The notes under the pieces were generated by a model. That model was not told the DNA's origin. It did not search any database and worked only from the letters and a program-made list of their open reading frames with translations. From positions 1 to 64,000 of the forward strand of contig DAHWNL010000049.1 of NCBI GenBank assembly GCA_027339965.1: a stretch of 64,000 bases of DNA, written 5' to 3'. A program made the position numbers and the translations under genes. Source of the DNA: Granulicella sp. (GTDB lineage: Bacteria > Acidobacteriota > Terriglobia > Terriglobales > Acidobacteriaceae). The stretch's first letter is position 1, and the number at the start of each line of letters is the position of its first letter. Of this stretch, positions 8,901-18,958 are shown piece after piece.

Positions 8901-10588
8901 TGATTTCACAACCCCAAGGCTGGGAGATAGAGCAGAAGCACTCCCTGGAGCAAAGATTTCGCCAGTTTCTGGATGGCCATCTGGAGCAGGAGATGCTTCG
9001 GTTCACCACGGCGGGCAGCGTCGACGATGGCAAGAGCACGTTGATCGGGCGGCTGCTGCACGACACCCGAAACATCTATGAAGACCAACTTGCTTCAATC
9101 CGCGCCAGCCGCGTGAACCGTTCCGGCAGAGATGTGGATCTTTCTCTGCTGACTGACGGGCTCCGAGCGGAGCGCGAACAAGGGATCACGATCGACGTGG
9201 CGTATCGCTACTTCTCCACCGCCCGGCGCAAGTTCATCATCGCAGATACCCCGGGCCATGAGCAGTACACGCGCAATATGGCTACGGGAGCTTCCACCGC
9301 AGATGTTGCCATCGTGCTGATCGACGCCAGAGCCTTTAAGCGAGTAGGAGAGTTGCTGCCTCAGTCAAGGCGCCACACCTATATCGCCAGCCTGCTTCGC
9401 ATCCCGCACGTGGTGGCGGCCATCAACAAGATGGACCTTGTGGACTACAGCCCCGAGATCTTCGACCAGGTCAGCGCGGAGTTCAGCGAACTGGCCGATC
9501 GTCTTGAACTGAAGAGCATTGAGGTGATTCCGGTCAGTGCCCTGTGCGGAGACAACGTCGTAGAACGCAGCCAGCGGATGGATTGGTACGGCGGGCCAAC
9601 GCTGTTGGAATACCTGGAGACCGCTCCCCTGGCCCTGCGTGAGGCCTCCGGCGAACCATTGCGTTTTCCCGTGCAACTCGTCGCTCGCCCCAACGCGGAG
9701 TTTCGCGGCTTCGCGGGACGCGTCGAGCGCGGCGAGGTGCGCACCGGCATGCGCGTCAGGGCCTTGCCCAGCGGCCGCGTCACCACGGTCAAGCGCATCC
9801 TCACCTATGACGGCGAGTTGCCCGCAGCCGGCTTTCCGCTGAGCGTCACTTTGGAACTTGAGGATGAGATTGACTTGAGCCGGGGCGAGATGCTGGTCTC
9901 AGAGACGCAGTTGGCGCCTCACATTCGGTCCTCCTTCCGCGCCATGGTGGTCTGGATGCATGCAGAGCCGCTGAGCGAGGGCCGAACCTATCTGGCCAAG
10001 CATACGACGCGCACCGTCCGGGCTTCCGTGCGCAGGATACGCTATCGCGTCGATATCCACAGCATCGAACATCAGCAGAGCTCTCAGCTGCAGATGAACG
10101 ATATCGCAGAGGTAGAGTTTACGACCGGCTTGCCCCTGTTTTTTGACGCCTACGCCGACAACCGTGAGATGGGAGCGCTGATCCTGATGGATCCAGTTAC
10201 CAATGCAACCGTCGGCGCAGCGATGATTGTGAGCGAGCTCGACGAGGGCGGACGCCATACCGCTCTTGAAGAAGCCCACTGCGGAGAACAGGAGGCGGCT
10301 TTGGTTTGGTTGCGCGGCCGGGAACAGGTGGCGGCGGCGCTGCTCGAACGGATCCGGCAAGCGGGCCGCGCAGCCGTGATCCTGGATGATCCCTTGATTC
10401 CGGATTCGTCCCTGCCGGCAGTCATGCGTGCGCTGCAACTTGCCAAGGTGACCGGGATCTCATCCCGAAGCGATCTCAGCCGGGCAACCCTGGCGGCTTT
10501 GCAGGAGCTGGCCGGACCGAGGTTTTTCACCACGGCCGAAGCCGCCGCGACGCTGGCGGAGGCCGCGCCGAGCCAGGAGGCAAAGTGA
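8900..10588 (+). CDS. cysN: Sulfate adenylyltransferase subunit 1 (GTPase) with a degenerate C-terminal APS-kinase-like remnant
   Basis: GSVDDGKST, EREQGITID, DTPGH and NKMD GTPase motifs. Confidence 0.95.
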   Translation: MISQPQGWEIEQKHSLEQRFRQFLDGHLEQEMLRFTTAGSVDDGKSTLIGRLLHDTRNIYEDQLASIRASRVNRSGRDVDLSLLTDGLRAEREQGITIDVAYRYFSTARRKFIIADTPGHEQYTRNMATGASTADVAIVLIDARAFKRVGELLPQSRRHTYIASLLRIPHVVAAINKMDLVDYSPEIFDQVSAEFSELADRLELKSIEVIPVSALCGDNVVERSQRMDWYGGPTLLEYLETAPLALREASGEPLRFPVQLVARPNAEFRGFAGRVERGEVRTGMRVRALPSGRVTTVKRILTYDGELPAAGFPLSVTLELEDEIDLSRGEMLVSETQLAPHIRSSFRAMVVWMHAEPLSEGRTYLAKHTTRTVRASVRRIRYRVDIHSIEHQQSSQLQMNDIAEVEFTTGLPLFFDAYADNREMGALILMDPVTNATVGAAMIVSELDEGGRHTALEEAHCGEQEAALVWLRGREQVAAALLERIRQAGRAAVILDDPLIPDSSLPAVMRALQLAKVTGISSRSDLSRATLAALQELAGPRFFTTAEAAATLAEAAPSQEAK

Positions 10589-11349
10589 TGAGCGAGTCCG
10601 TGGATCGTATGCCAAGACCGTTTCTTGACCGCATGGAGAGCCTCTCCGCAGAAGCTCTTGTCGCCGAGGTCGTTCGCAAAGCGCAGCTTGAGCCCGGCGG
10701 ACAGTCCGGTGCCGGAAGCGCAAGCGTCTGCCTTACCAGCAGCTTCCAAACCGAGGACATGGTGGTTCTGCATATGCTGCGGCAGCATCTTCCTCAGGTT
10801 GCGGTCATCTTTCTGGAAACCGGTTATCACTTCGCGGAGATGATTGCCTATCGAGACCAGATGGTGAAGGAGTGGAATCTGAACCTGGTGAATGCGCTAC
10901 CCAAAACCAGCCTGGAGGAGCACGAAAGGGAGTTTGGCGTGCTGCATCTGGTGGATCCCTCCCGGTGTTGCTCGATTCGCAAAGTGGAGCCTCTGATGCG
11001 CTCGCTGGAACCCTTCCGCTGGTGGTTCACCGGACTGCGCCGTCAGCAGTCGCCGACCCGCGCCGGCCTGAAGAAGGTGGAGAATCACCGTCTGCCTACC
11101 GGAACGATCTTGATGAAGGTGAGCGCACTAGCGGACTGGGATTGGGAACAGGTTGAGAGCTATGCGCGGAAGTACGCGATTCCGCGGCTTTCGCTCTATG
11201 ACCGCGGCTATCGAAGTATCGGTTGCGAGCCCTGCACGACGATCCCTGAGGTTGGCGCCGACCCCCGCAGCGGCCGTTGGGGCGGTAAAAAGTTGGAATG
11301 TGGTATTCACACCTTCAGCGCCAAAGAGGAGCCTTCGGCTCCGGCGTAA
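10585..11349 (+). CDS. cysH: APS/PAPS reductase, Fe-S (APS reductase) type
   Basis: CC..RKVEPL, TGLRRQQS, SIGCEPCT and RSGRW...ECGIH. Confidence 0.92.
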   Translation: MMSESVDRMPRPFLDRMESLSAEALVAEVVRKAQLEPGGQSGAGSASVCLTSSFQTEDMVVLHMLRQHLPQVAVIFLETGYHFAEMIAYRDQMVKEWNLNLVNALPKTSLEEHEREFGVLHLVDPSRCCSIRKVEPLMRSLEPFRWWFTGLRRQQSPTRAGLKKVENHRLPTGTILMKVSALADWDWEQVESYARKYAIPRLSLYDRGYRSIGCEPCTTIPEVGADPRSGRWGGKKLECGIHTFSAKEEPSAPA

Positions 11350-11463
11350 GAGCTGCGGCCGGCGCGCAGGCTCACCCGGCGCTGGAGGCTGGGCAGAGTG
11401 GAGGCCGTTCCTCCACCGTTTGAAGGTTTCGTAACCGGCGTCTCTCACTTATACTGTGCTGTT

Positions 11464-12519
11464 ATGCGAGAACGGCGAAGGATCGTCGAGATGTGGCGGC
11501 AAGGCCAGACGGCGGCCTTGGTGACTCTGGTGCGTGTGGAGGGTTCCAGTTACCGCAAGGTGGGGGCACGCCTGCTGGTAGGGTCGGACGGACGATACGC
11601 GGGGTCGATCTCCGGAGGTTGTCTGGAGGCCGAGGTGGTGCAGAAGGCTCCCTGGATGGTGCGCTCCAGAGCGGTGATGAAGAGGTACTCAACCCTCTTC
11701 GACGATACGGCGGAGATCCCCTACGGCCTTGGCTGTGGAGGAACGGTGGATTTGCTCATCGAGCCGGCCGGAACACCCGAGTTTCAGACTCTCATGGAGG
11801 CCTTGGCGGCATCGCTGGACGGAGCCTCTCGCCACGTGACCACCTGGCTGCCGGAGAATGGAAACTCCCTGCGGCGGCTGGTTCAGCCTGCGGCAGCAGA
11901 AGCCCTGGAGCAGGATCAGAGCGTCTTTGAGGAGACCATTCTTCCTCCTCAGCGGTTGATCATCTTTGGAGCCGGAGATGATGCGTTGCCAATGGTGGAA
12001 GCGGCATCTCTGCTCGGTTGGACGGTTGCCGTGGTGGACGGAAGACCGTGGCTGGCACGCACCCAGCGGTTTCTGCTGGCCCACCAGGTGCTCGTTGCCA
12101 GGCAATTGGAGGATCTGGATCCCTTGAGCATCGGAGACCGGGATGCCGTGGTCATCATGACCCACAGCTACGAGCAGGATAAAGCATGGCTTGCCGGGGC
12201 CTTGCAGTGCAAACCACGCTACCTGGGCTTGCTGGGCGCGCGCCATCGCAGCTCCCTGCTGATCAGCGAGACCGCTGCGGCGATGGGCTGGAGCCTGGAG
12301 CAAGTCTGCGCGGGTCTTTTTGCCCCGGTGGGTCTGGACCTGGGCGGCGACGGAGCCGAAGCCATTGCCCTGGCGGTGATCTCCGAGATTCAGGGGTGCC
12401 TGAATGGAAAGATCGGCGCCTCGCGCCGCATGAGCGCGCCGATGGTGGTTGCAGCGGTAGAGCAGGGAAACCGTCAGGTGCGCGCTCCATGGAAGATTCC
12501 ATCGCGGTGTGCACTGTGA
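11464..12519 (+). CDS. xdhC: XdhC/CoxI-family molybdoenzyme accessory protein
   Basis: GSSYR, GSISGGCLE, GLGCGG, IFGAG, MTHSYEQD, APVGLDLG. Confidence 0.88.
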   Translation: MRERRRIVEMWRQGQTAALVTLVRVEGSSYRKVGARLLVGSDGRYAGSISGGCLEAEVVQKAPWMVRSRAVMKRYSTLFDDTAEIPYGLGCGGTVDLLIEPAGTPEFQTLMEALAASLDGASRHVTTWLPENGNSLRRLVQPAAAEALEQDQSVFEETILPPQRLIIFGAGDDALPMVEAASLLGWTVAVVDGRPWLARTQRFLLAHQVLVARQLEDLDPLSIGDRDAVVIMTHSYEQDKAWLAGALQCKPRYLGLLGARHRSSLLISETAAAMGWSLEQVCAGLFAPVGLDLGGDGAEAIALAVISEIQGCLNGKIGASRRMSAPMVVAAVEQGNRQVRAPWKIPSRCAL

Positions 12520-13082
12520 GCGTTGCAGCCGTAGTTCTGGCCGCCGGGGCGTCGCGGCGGCTGGGACGGCCCAAGCAAAAGGTTGTGCTGGGCACAGAAA
12601 CCTTGCTACAGCGAGCCGTGCGGGTTGCTCAGCAGGCCGGGCTGGGGCCCGTCCTGGTCATCCTGCGCGATGGTTGTTCGTTGGACGAGAGCCTGTCTGG
12701 CTGCCAGACCGTCGTCAATCCGCGCGCTGAAGAGGGAATTGCCTCATCCATTCGCTGCGGTGTGGAGCAGGCGCGCGCCCAGGGCGTGGAGGGTGCGGTG
12801 CTGATGAGCTGCGACCAGATTGCACTGCGGCCAGAACATCTGCGCCGACTCTGCGCGCAGGCGGATCGAGTGACCGGGTCGGGTTATGACGGAAAGATTG
12901 GCATTCCTGCCTATTTCCCAGCCCTCAGTTTTGAGGCGCTGCTGCGGCTGAGGGGGGACCGGGGTGCCCGTTATCTACTGAGTGATGCAGCGTTTGTGAC
13001 CGAAGAAGCCTTGAGAATCGATGTAGATACCGAGGCCGATTTGGATCACGCCAGAGCGTGGCTCAAGGCAGAGGAAGCCTGA
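12516..13082 (+). CDS. Molybdenum cofactor cytidylyltransferase-like nucleotidyltransferase (MocA-like)
   Basis: GTG start overlaps the xdhC stop; VLAAGASRRLGRPKQ, CDQ, GDRGAR, DVDT. Confidence 0.85.
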   Translation: MSVAAVVLAAGASRRLGRPKQKVVLGTETLLQRAVRVAQQAGLGPVLVILRDGCSLDESLSGCQTVVNPRAEEGIASSIRCGVEQARAQGVEGAVLMSCDQIALRPEHLRRLCAQADRVTGSGYDGKIGIPAYFPALSFEALLRLRGDRGARYLLSDAAFVTEEALRIDVDTEADLDHARAWLKAEEA

Positions 13083-13289
13083 CGCCGGCTCAGGGATCCG
13101 GCGGGCTCTTCCGGATCTCGTCGCGCTCAACGGCTATCCTCTGCGGGAAGGTGGGTGGTTTTCTTCCCCGGAGACAGGAGTATCCTGAGCTCAGAATGGA
13201 CTTCAGGAACGGGAAATTGAGTGGCATGAGGCGCAGGCTTCGTTATCTGGTGAGAGTGATTGGCTACGGACCCACATTCTGGAGGGGGC

Positions 13290-14102
13290 ATGAGCCGCAT
13301 TCCGTTTGTTAAAGCCCATGCCTGCGGCAACGACTTTTTGATCCTGGATGAGGCCCTGGCCCACAGCCGGCACGCCATCCTGGCGCGCAAGCTTTGCAGC
13401 CGCAATACCGGCATTGGCGCCGATGGCATCGAGTTTCTGGATCGCCGGCCCAACGGAGAGCTCTTTCTGCGCCTCTTTAACGCCGACGGCTCAGAGGCCG
13501 AGTTGAGCGGTAATGGCACTCGCTGCGTAGCCGCCTGGCTGGTGGCCAGCGAGGGCCGTCAGGAAACCGCTCTGGGCACCCAAGGCGGTCTGCGTACCTG
13601 CCGCCTCATGCGCAAAGAGGGGGTGGACTACTGGATCGAGAGCAACATGGGCGTGCCGCAGGTTACCCCAAAGGTTCTCGATCTGCCGGGCGTGGAGAGT
13701 CCCGTCCAGGGCGCGGTGGTGAATATGGGCAATCCTCACTTCGTGCTCTTTCCGGAGAGCGAAACGTTCTCTTCCCACAACCTCACCTGGCCGGCGCTCG
13801 GTGCCAGGATCGCCGTAGATGCCGCCTTTTCGAAGGGAACCAATGTAGAGTTTGTCCGCATGCTGTCTCCCAGCCACATCGCATTTCGAATCTACGAGCG
13901 CGGCTGTGGCCCCACCACCTCCAGCGGCACCGGGACCTGCGCGGCGGCGGCGGCGGCCATCATCTTGCGCGGAGCCGCACGCAGGCTCTCTGCCACCACG
14001 CAAGGCGGCACGCAGCAGGTCTCCTGGCCCGCCAACTCCAGTGAGATGCTGCTCACCGGGCCGGCGGAGATCATCTGCACCGGCGAGGTCGACTTTGTCT
14101 AA
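13290..14102 (+). CDS. dapF: Diaminopimelate epimerase-family protein with a Ser/Ser active site
   Basis: GNDF, GIGADG, FNADGSEAELSGNG, MGNPH, TNVEF, ERGCGPTTSSGTG; ATG after GGAGG. Confidence 0.88.
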   Translation: MSRIPFVKAHACGNDFLILDEALAHSRHAILARKLCSRNTGIGADGIEFLDRRPNGELFLRLFNADGSEAELSGNGTRCVAAWLVASEGRQETALGTQGGLRTCRLMRKEGVDYWIESNMGVPQVTPKVLDLPGVESPVQGAVVNMGNPHFVLFPESETFSSHNLTWPALGARIAVDAAFSKGTNVEFVRMLSPSHIAFRIYERGCGPTTSSGTGTCAAAAAAIILRGAARRLSATTQGGTQQVSWPANSSEMLLTGPAEIICTGEVDFV

Positions 14103-15090
14103 TCCTCCAGCGATCCGTCCCCGCCTCAAGCCCGGCAGCCGCGTCGCTATCGTCTCTCCGGCTTCGGCTGCGCAGCCGGAGCTGGTCGAGCAGGGAAGGG
14201 CGCGCCTGGAGACCTTTGGCTATCGAACCGTCGTCATGCCCCATGCCCTGGAGCGCGGGCCGCTGTATCTGGCGGGTTCTGCCGCGGACCGCGTCAGGGA
14301 CATCCATGATGCATTCGCCGATCCCAGCATCGACGCCATCCTCTGCACGCGCGGCGGCTGGGGCTCAGCCGAGCTGCTTCCGCTCTTGAACCAGGATCTG
14401 ATTCAGGCCAACCCCAAAGCGTTTATTGGGTACAGCGACCATACCTCACTCCACATCTATCTCTGGAACCTCTGCCGCCTCACCACCTTTTATGCTCCGA
14501 TGCTGGCAGCCGACTGGTCGAACCCCGATGGGGTGGACGAGCACACATGGCGCGCCGCCCTGCAGGCGGAGCCGCTCTGGTCCGTAGGACCGTCCGACGG
14601 AATACGCATCCTGCGCCCGGCCGGAAAGGCCGGAAGTTCCGGTACACCTTCCACCCCGATCGAAGGCCGAATCCTGGGCGGTTGCCTCTCCCTGCTGACG
14701 GAGTCTCTGGGCACCCCCTATGCGTTCCATATCACCGAGCCTGCGATCCTTTTTCTGGAAGACGTGAACACCAAGCCCTATCAGTGGCATCGGATGATTC
14801 ATCACCTTCGCCTGGCAGGCCAGCTTCACCACGTGTGCGGCGTTGTCCTGGGCGACCCGGCGTCCAATATCCCGACCTCCCAGCCGTCAGAACTCGCACT
14901 CCTGGAGGCCGCATGTCTGCATGCGTTCGACCAAGATCCTACGGAGTTTTCCGGTCCCATTGCCATTGGCCTTCATTGCGGCCATGTGCAACAGCAAAAC
15001 CGATCCATCCCATTGGGCGCGTGGGTAAGATGGAGCAACGACACCATCCGTGAGATCCCGGAGCGGAAAACGAGCGAGATTGCACCGTGA
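14095..15090 (+). CDS. ldcA: LD-carboxypeptidase (peptidase S66)
   Basis: RGGWG, GYSD (Ser), LEDV (Glu), GH (His) triad motifs; likely TTG start overlapping the dapF stop. Confidence 0.88.
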   Translation: MSNPPAIRPRLKPGSRVAIVSPASAAQPELVEQGRARLETFGYRTVVMPHALERGPLYLAGSAADRVRDIHDAFADPSIDAILCTRGGWGSAELLPLLNQDLIQANPKAFIGYSDHTSLHIYLWNLCRLTTFYAPMLAADWSNPDGVDEHTWRAALQAEPLWSVGPSDGIRILRPAGKAGSSGTPSTPIEGRILGGCLSLLTESLGTPYAFHITEPAILFLEDVNTKPYQWHRMIHHLRLAGQLHHVCGVVLGDPASNIPTSQPSELALLEAACLHAFDQDPTEFSGPIAIGLHCGHVQQQNRSIPLGAWVRWSNDTIREIPERKTSEIAP

Positions 15091-16571
15091 CGAAGCAGAA
15101 AAAAGCCTCCCGAGAGCTGCGCAGCCAAAGCGCCCACGCATTCCCCCGGGGAAAACACATCCATCTGATTGGAGTCTGTGGAACGGCCATGGCCTCGCTG
15201 GCTGGAATGCTCCGCGCCCAGGGCCACCGCGTCACCGGATCGGACACCGCCGCTTACCCGCCCATGAGAGACCAGCTCCATGCTATGGGCATACCCATCC
15301 TGGAACCGTACAACGCGGCCAACCTCATCCCTTCCCCGGACCTTGTGGTGGTGGGCAACGCCATCTCACGCGGCAATCCCGAGCTTGAATTCCTTCTGGA
15401 TAGGCCACCGGACGCCCGCATTCCGTTCACCTCGATGGCGACTCTTATCTATGACGAGTTCCTCGCCCACCGCGAGCGACTGATCGTTTGCGGCACTCAC
15501 GGCAAGACGACGACCACCAGCATGCTGGCCTGGATCTACGAGGTAGCCGGGCGCTCCAATCCGACCTTCACGCCATCGTTTCTGATTGGTGGCGTGGCGG
15601 AGAACTTCGGCGCCAGCTTCCGCGTAGCCACAGCCTCCCGCACCTTCATTTTGGAGGGCGATGAGTACGATACCGCGTTCTTCGACAAGGGCCCCAAATT
15701 TCTGCATTACTTTCCCGACGCCGCGATTCTGACTCATGTAGAGTTTGACCACGCAGATATCTACGCTGATCTGGACGCCGTAAAGACAGCGTTCAAACGG
15801 ATGGTAAATCTGATCCCCCGCCGCGGGCGTTTGATTGCCTTTGACGCTAACCCTAACGTCACCGAGTGCTGCGCTAAAGCCTTCTGCAATATCGAACGCT
15901 ACGGCTTCCAGACGAGTTCCTACTGGCGGGCCGTGAACCTGCATCCCAAGGGTGCGACCACCACTTGGACGCTGCTTCGAGGCGGAGAGGAGTTTGCCCG
16001 TCTTCTGCTACCCATGGCTGGCGAGCATAACGCACTGAACGCCACGGCCGCTGCTGCTCTGGCCGCAGGGCAGGGAGTTCCGGTGGAGGCTATCACCCAG
16101 GCCCTGGCTGGCTTCCGCTCCGTAAAGCGCCGCCTGGAGGTCTGCGCCGAGGTTAGCGGCATCACCATTATCGACGACTTTGCTCATCACCCCACAGCCA
16201 TCCGCGAGACCCTGCGAGCCCTGCGCTCTGCCTACCCGGGACGCCGTCTCTGGGCGATTCTGGAACCCCGCTCCAATACCCTGCGTCGAAACATCTTCGA
16301 GCGCGAACTGGTGGACTCGCTGGCCTCGGCTGATCAAGTGGTTCTTGCGGCCGTTTTCAAGAGCGAAGCCATTCCCGCTTTGGAGCGCCTGGACCCGGAG
16401 CACGTTGTCTCGGCTCTGGCCAACCGCGGCATCCCAGCCCTCCTGTGCGCCGACGCCGATGAGATCGTTGCCGCCGTTGCCCCGCGTGTGGCCCGCAACG
16501 ATGTGGTCGCCATCCTTTCCAACGGTGGCTTCGGTAACATTTATGAAAAGCTTCCTGCGGCGCTGCGGTAA
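15087..16571 (+). CDS. mpl: UDP-MurNAc:L-Ala-gamma-D-Glu-meso-DAP ligase (murein peptide ligase)
   Basis: GVCGTAM, GTHGKTTT, EGDEYDTAFFDK, DDFAHHPTA, EPRSNT, SNGGF. Confidence 0.93.
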   Translation: MTKQKKASRELRSQSAHAFPRGKHIHLIGVCGTAMASLAGMLRAQGHRVTGSDTAAYPPMRDQLHAMGIPILEPYNAANLIPSPDLVVVGNAISRGNPELEFLLDRPPDARIPFTSMATLIYDEFLAHRERLIVCGTHGKTTTTSMLAWIYEVAGRSNPTFTPSFLIGGVAENFGASFRVATASRTFILEGDEYDTAFFDKGPKFLHYFPDAAILTHVEFDHADIYADLDAVKTAFKRMVNLIPRRGRLIAFDANPNVTECCAKAFCNIERYGFQTSSYWRAVNLHPKGATTTWTLLRGGEEFARLLLPMAGEHNALNATAAAALAAGQGVPVEAITQALAGFRSVKRRLEVCAEVSGITIIDDFAHHPTAIRETLRALRSAYPGRRLWAILEPRSNTLRRNIFERELVDSLASADQVVLAAVFKSEAIPALERLDPEHVVSALANRGIPALLCADADEIVAAVAPRVARNDVVAILSNGGFGNIYEKLPAALR

Positions 16572-16652
16572 AGGAAAGGTCCGGACAGCGTCATTCGCGG
16601 TCCGGCAGAGGGGAATATCGTCCTTGACGAAGACTCGACCTCTCGCTCCGGT

Positions 16653-17039
16653 TTACATCTCCGAGATCCTGAATGGTAAAGTGCCCGGATTGTCGCGTTC
16701 GAGCGCATGCGTTCGGTCTGGATTGGCTGGGTCATAGCGCACCTGGATGGACTTTCCCTGGCCTACCTCTCGCATCCAGCGGCTCCCCTCCGAGTCAGTG
16801 CAGGGAACACTCCTCAAATATCCGCCGTAGAACTCTTCCTGCAAAGCAAAGTAATACGGATACTCCACCTGTACCGTCTGCGCAGCGGTTCCCTGGACAA
16901 GTTCATCGTATGGAACGATCTTCCCCTCCAGCAGCTTGGCGGTTGCCGTGGGCCATCCGGAGGCGGCCTGCAAATCCCGTCGTCGGGAGTGCCGCCGGAA
17001 GTATCGAAGGATCCAGCCAAGCACGGTTGAGTTTCTCAT
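16653..17039 (-). CDS. DUF3592-like small protein
   Basis: WPTATA...VEYPY...IQVRYDPANPD pattern; the start is uncertain (ORF is open to 17315). Confidence 0.6.
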   Translation of the reverse strand: MRNSTVLGWILRYFRRHSRRRDLQAASGWPTATAKLLEGKIVPYDELVQGTAAQTVQVEYPYYFALQEEFYGGYLRSVPCTDSEGSRWMREVGQGKSIQVRYDPANPDRTHALERDNPGTLPFRISEM

Positions 17040-17467
17040 GCCATGGATTCTAATACCCGAGATCGAATTGACAAGCGTCTCGGGAGACGTGGGGGAGACG
17101 CACATAGGGATCCGAACCCAGGGATTCGCGGGTGTTCCGCTGACCTGCCTGCCTTCATGGCCGCCGCCCGGCTGGCCTGCTCGGTGCCCACAAAAACGGA
17201 ATGGACCATAGAACCACTCGGCTTGCGGCTCCGCAGGATTCAAGTCGGGCGCACCATCCTTGATCGGAATGGCGATCGATCGCGGGCGGAACGGCTCTCT
17301 GACTCCTTGCGCCATGTCAATGCTTGCCGTTGTCGCTAAAGATGGAGTTCCTCCATCGTCCTGCCGACTTACCGATCCAACTTATAGTCGATACAGGAAC
17401 CCGTTCCGGAATGCTACCATCCAGGTCGATCGATATTCGACCAAAAAACTACACAACGGACGACAAC

Positions 17468-18958
17468 TTGAAACAAAATTCAGCGCTCAGCCTGCTTTTG
17501 GCCCTCTTTTGTCTGCAGCAGGTGTCATTTGGCCAGAGTCAAGGTAACCATCGCGCCCTCAGTGTCTTTGTCTATTTCCGAATTCATCCTGAAGCATGGC
17601 AGTGGTTTGCCGCTCCTCCATTCACCAGTCGGTACGGGTATGCAGAATCGCTGCTGCGGTTCGGTGTTGCGCAGCGGAGTCGTCGATGGGACTGGAAGCT
17701 GGAGGCAGCGCAGACCGCGTTGCTGGACATACCCCGGAATGCGATCTCCAGCGATTCGGCGCAGAGCCAACTTGGTTTTGGTGGCTCCTTTTATGCAGCA
17801 AACAATAACCACTCGAACTCGGCTGCGCTCTTCCTCAAGCAGGCATTCGTTCGTTATAACTTCCGGAAAGACGATAAAGAGCTACGGCTTGGACGTTATG
17901 AATTTTTTGACGGCGCAGAAACCACGCCATCAAACGCAACAATGCGCTGGTTGCAGACCTATCGCGTCGCGCAGAGATTGATTGGCAACTTTGGGCTGGT
18001 CAATGCGCAGCGCAGCTTTGACGGGTTCGACGGTCACTATGAAAATTTGGCGGCCAGCAATGGGGATAACTGGGATTTGACTGCAATGGTCTCCAGGGCC
18101 GATCAGGGCGCCTTCACCGACAATGGCAATCCTGAGCTGAATGTCGATGTGCAATATCTTGCGTTCACGCGTTACGCTCTTCACCAGCGCCTTCTGTGGA
18201 GAGCCTTTGGGATTGGGTATCACGATGGCAGGATCGGGGTGTTGAAGGTGGACAATCGTCCGCTCGCCCTTCGCCAGACAGACCAGAAAGATATCCGCCT
18301 GGGCACCTACGGGGGAGACTTCATCGCCTCCGTGCCGGCTCGGAAGGTGAACTTTGACCTGGTGGGTTGGGGGCTGCTGCAAAGCGGCAACTGGGGCGAG
18401 CAACAAGACCGAGCCGATGCCTGGCTGCTTGAGGGGGGAGCACAACTGACGCATCTCCCCACCGAACCCTGGCTCCGTGGCGGGTGGTCTGCGACCAGCG
18501 GCGATAACACACCCGATAACAACCGGCACTCTACGTTCTTCATGATTCTCCCGTCGCCCTATATATACGCTCGTGCGCTGTCTTACAACATGATGAACAA
18601 TAAAGACGGCTACCTGGAGCTGATTGACCGCCCGAAGAAGCATCTGGAGTTGCGTGCGGATCTGCACTGGCTGGAGCTAAGCTCGGGAAATGACCTTTGG
18701 TATCAGGGTGGAGGCGCGTTCAATAGCACATCGTTCGGTTATATCGGCCGACCCAGCGGAGGCCACAGCTCTTTTGCATCGATTGCAGACATAAGCTGCT
18801 ACTGGCAGATCACTTCCCGCCTCAACTTGAATATGTATTACTCGTACACAGAAGGAAAGAGTGTCGTGGTCGCCGATTATCCTTCCGGACGCAGCGGCCA
18901 GTATGGCTTTGCTGAACTGATCTATCAGTGGGGTCTTGCGCAGCGCAGCGGTCGGTAG
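17468..18958 (+). CDS. Alginate-export-family outer-membrane porin
   Basis: Signal-like N-terminus after TTG 17468; LKQAFVRY, QRLIGNFG, RSFDG, SGD motifs; beta-strand pattern. Confidence 0.75.
   Translation: MKQNSALSLLLALFCLQQVSFGQSQGNHRALSVFVYFRIHPEAWQWFAAPPFTSRYGYAESLLRFGVAQRSRRWDWKLEAAQTALLDIPRNAISSDSAQSQLGFGGSFYAANNNHSNSAALFLKQAFVRYNFRKDDKELRLGRYEFFDGAETTPSNATMRWLQTYRVAQRLIGNFGLVNAQRSFDGFDGHYENLAASNGDNWDLTAMVSRADQGAFTDNGNPELNVDVQYLAFTRYALHQRLLWRAFGIGYHDGRIGVLKVDNRPLALRQTDQKDIRLGTYGGDFIASVPARKVNFDLVGWGLLQSGNWGEQQDRADAWLLEGGAQLTHLPTEPWLRGGWSATSGDNTPDNNRHSTFFMILPSPYIYARALSYNMMNNKDGYLELIDRPKKHLELRADLHWLELSSGNDLWYQGGGAFNSTSFGYIGRPSGGHSSFASIADISCYWQITSRLNLNMYYSYTEGKSVVVADYPSGRSGQYGFAELIYQWGLAQRSGR

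Noticed and set aside
12186..12515. N-terminal extension of the MocA-like ORF (likewise the extended ldcA, purC and purL starts)
   Set aside because: These extensions overlap upstream genes; coupled starts at 12516, 14095, 49175 and 54197 fit better.
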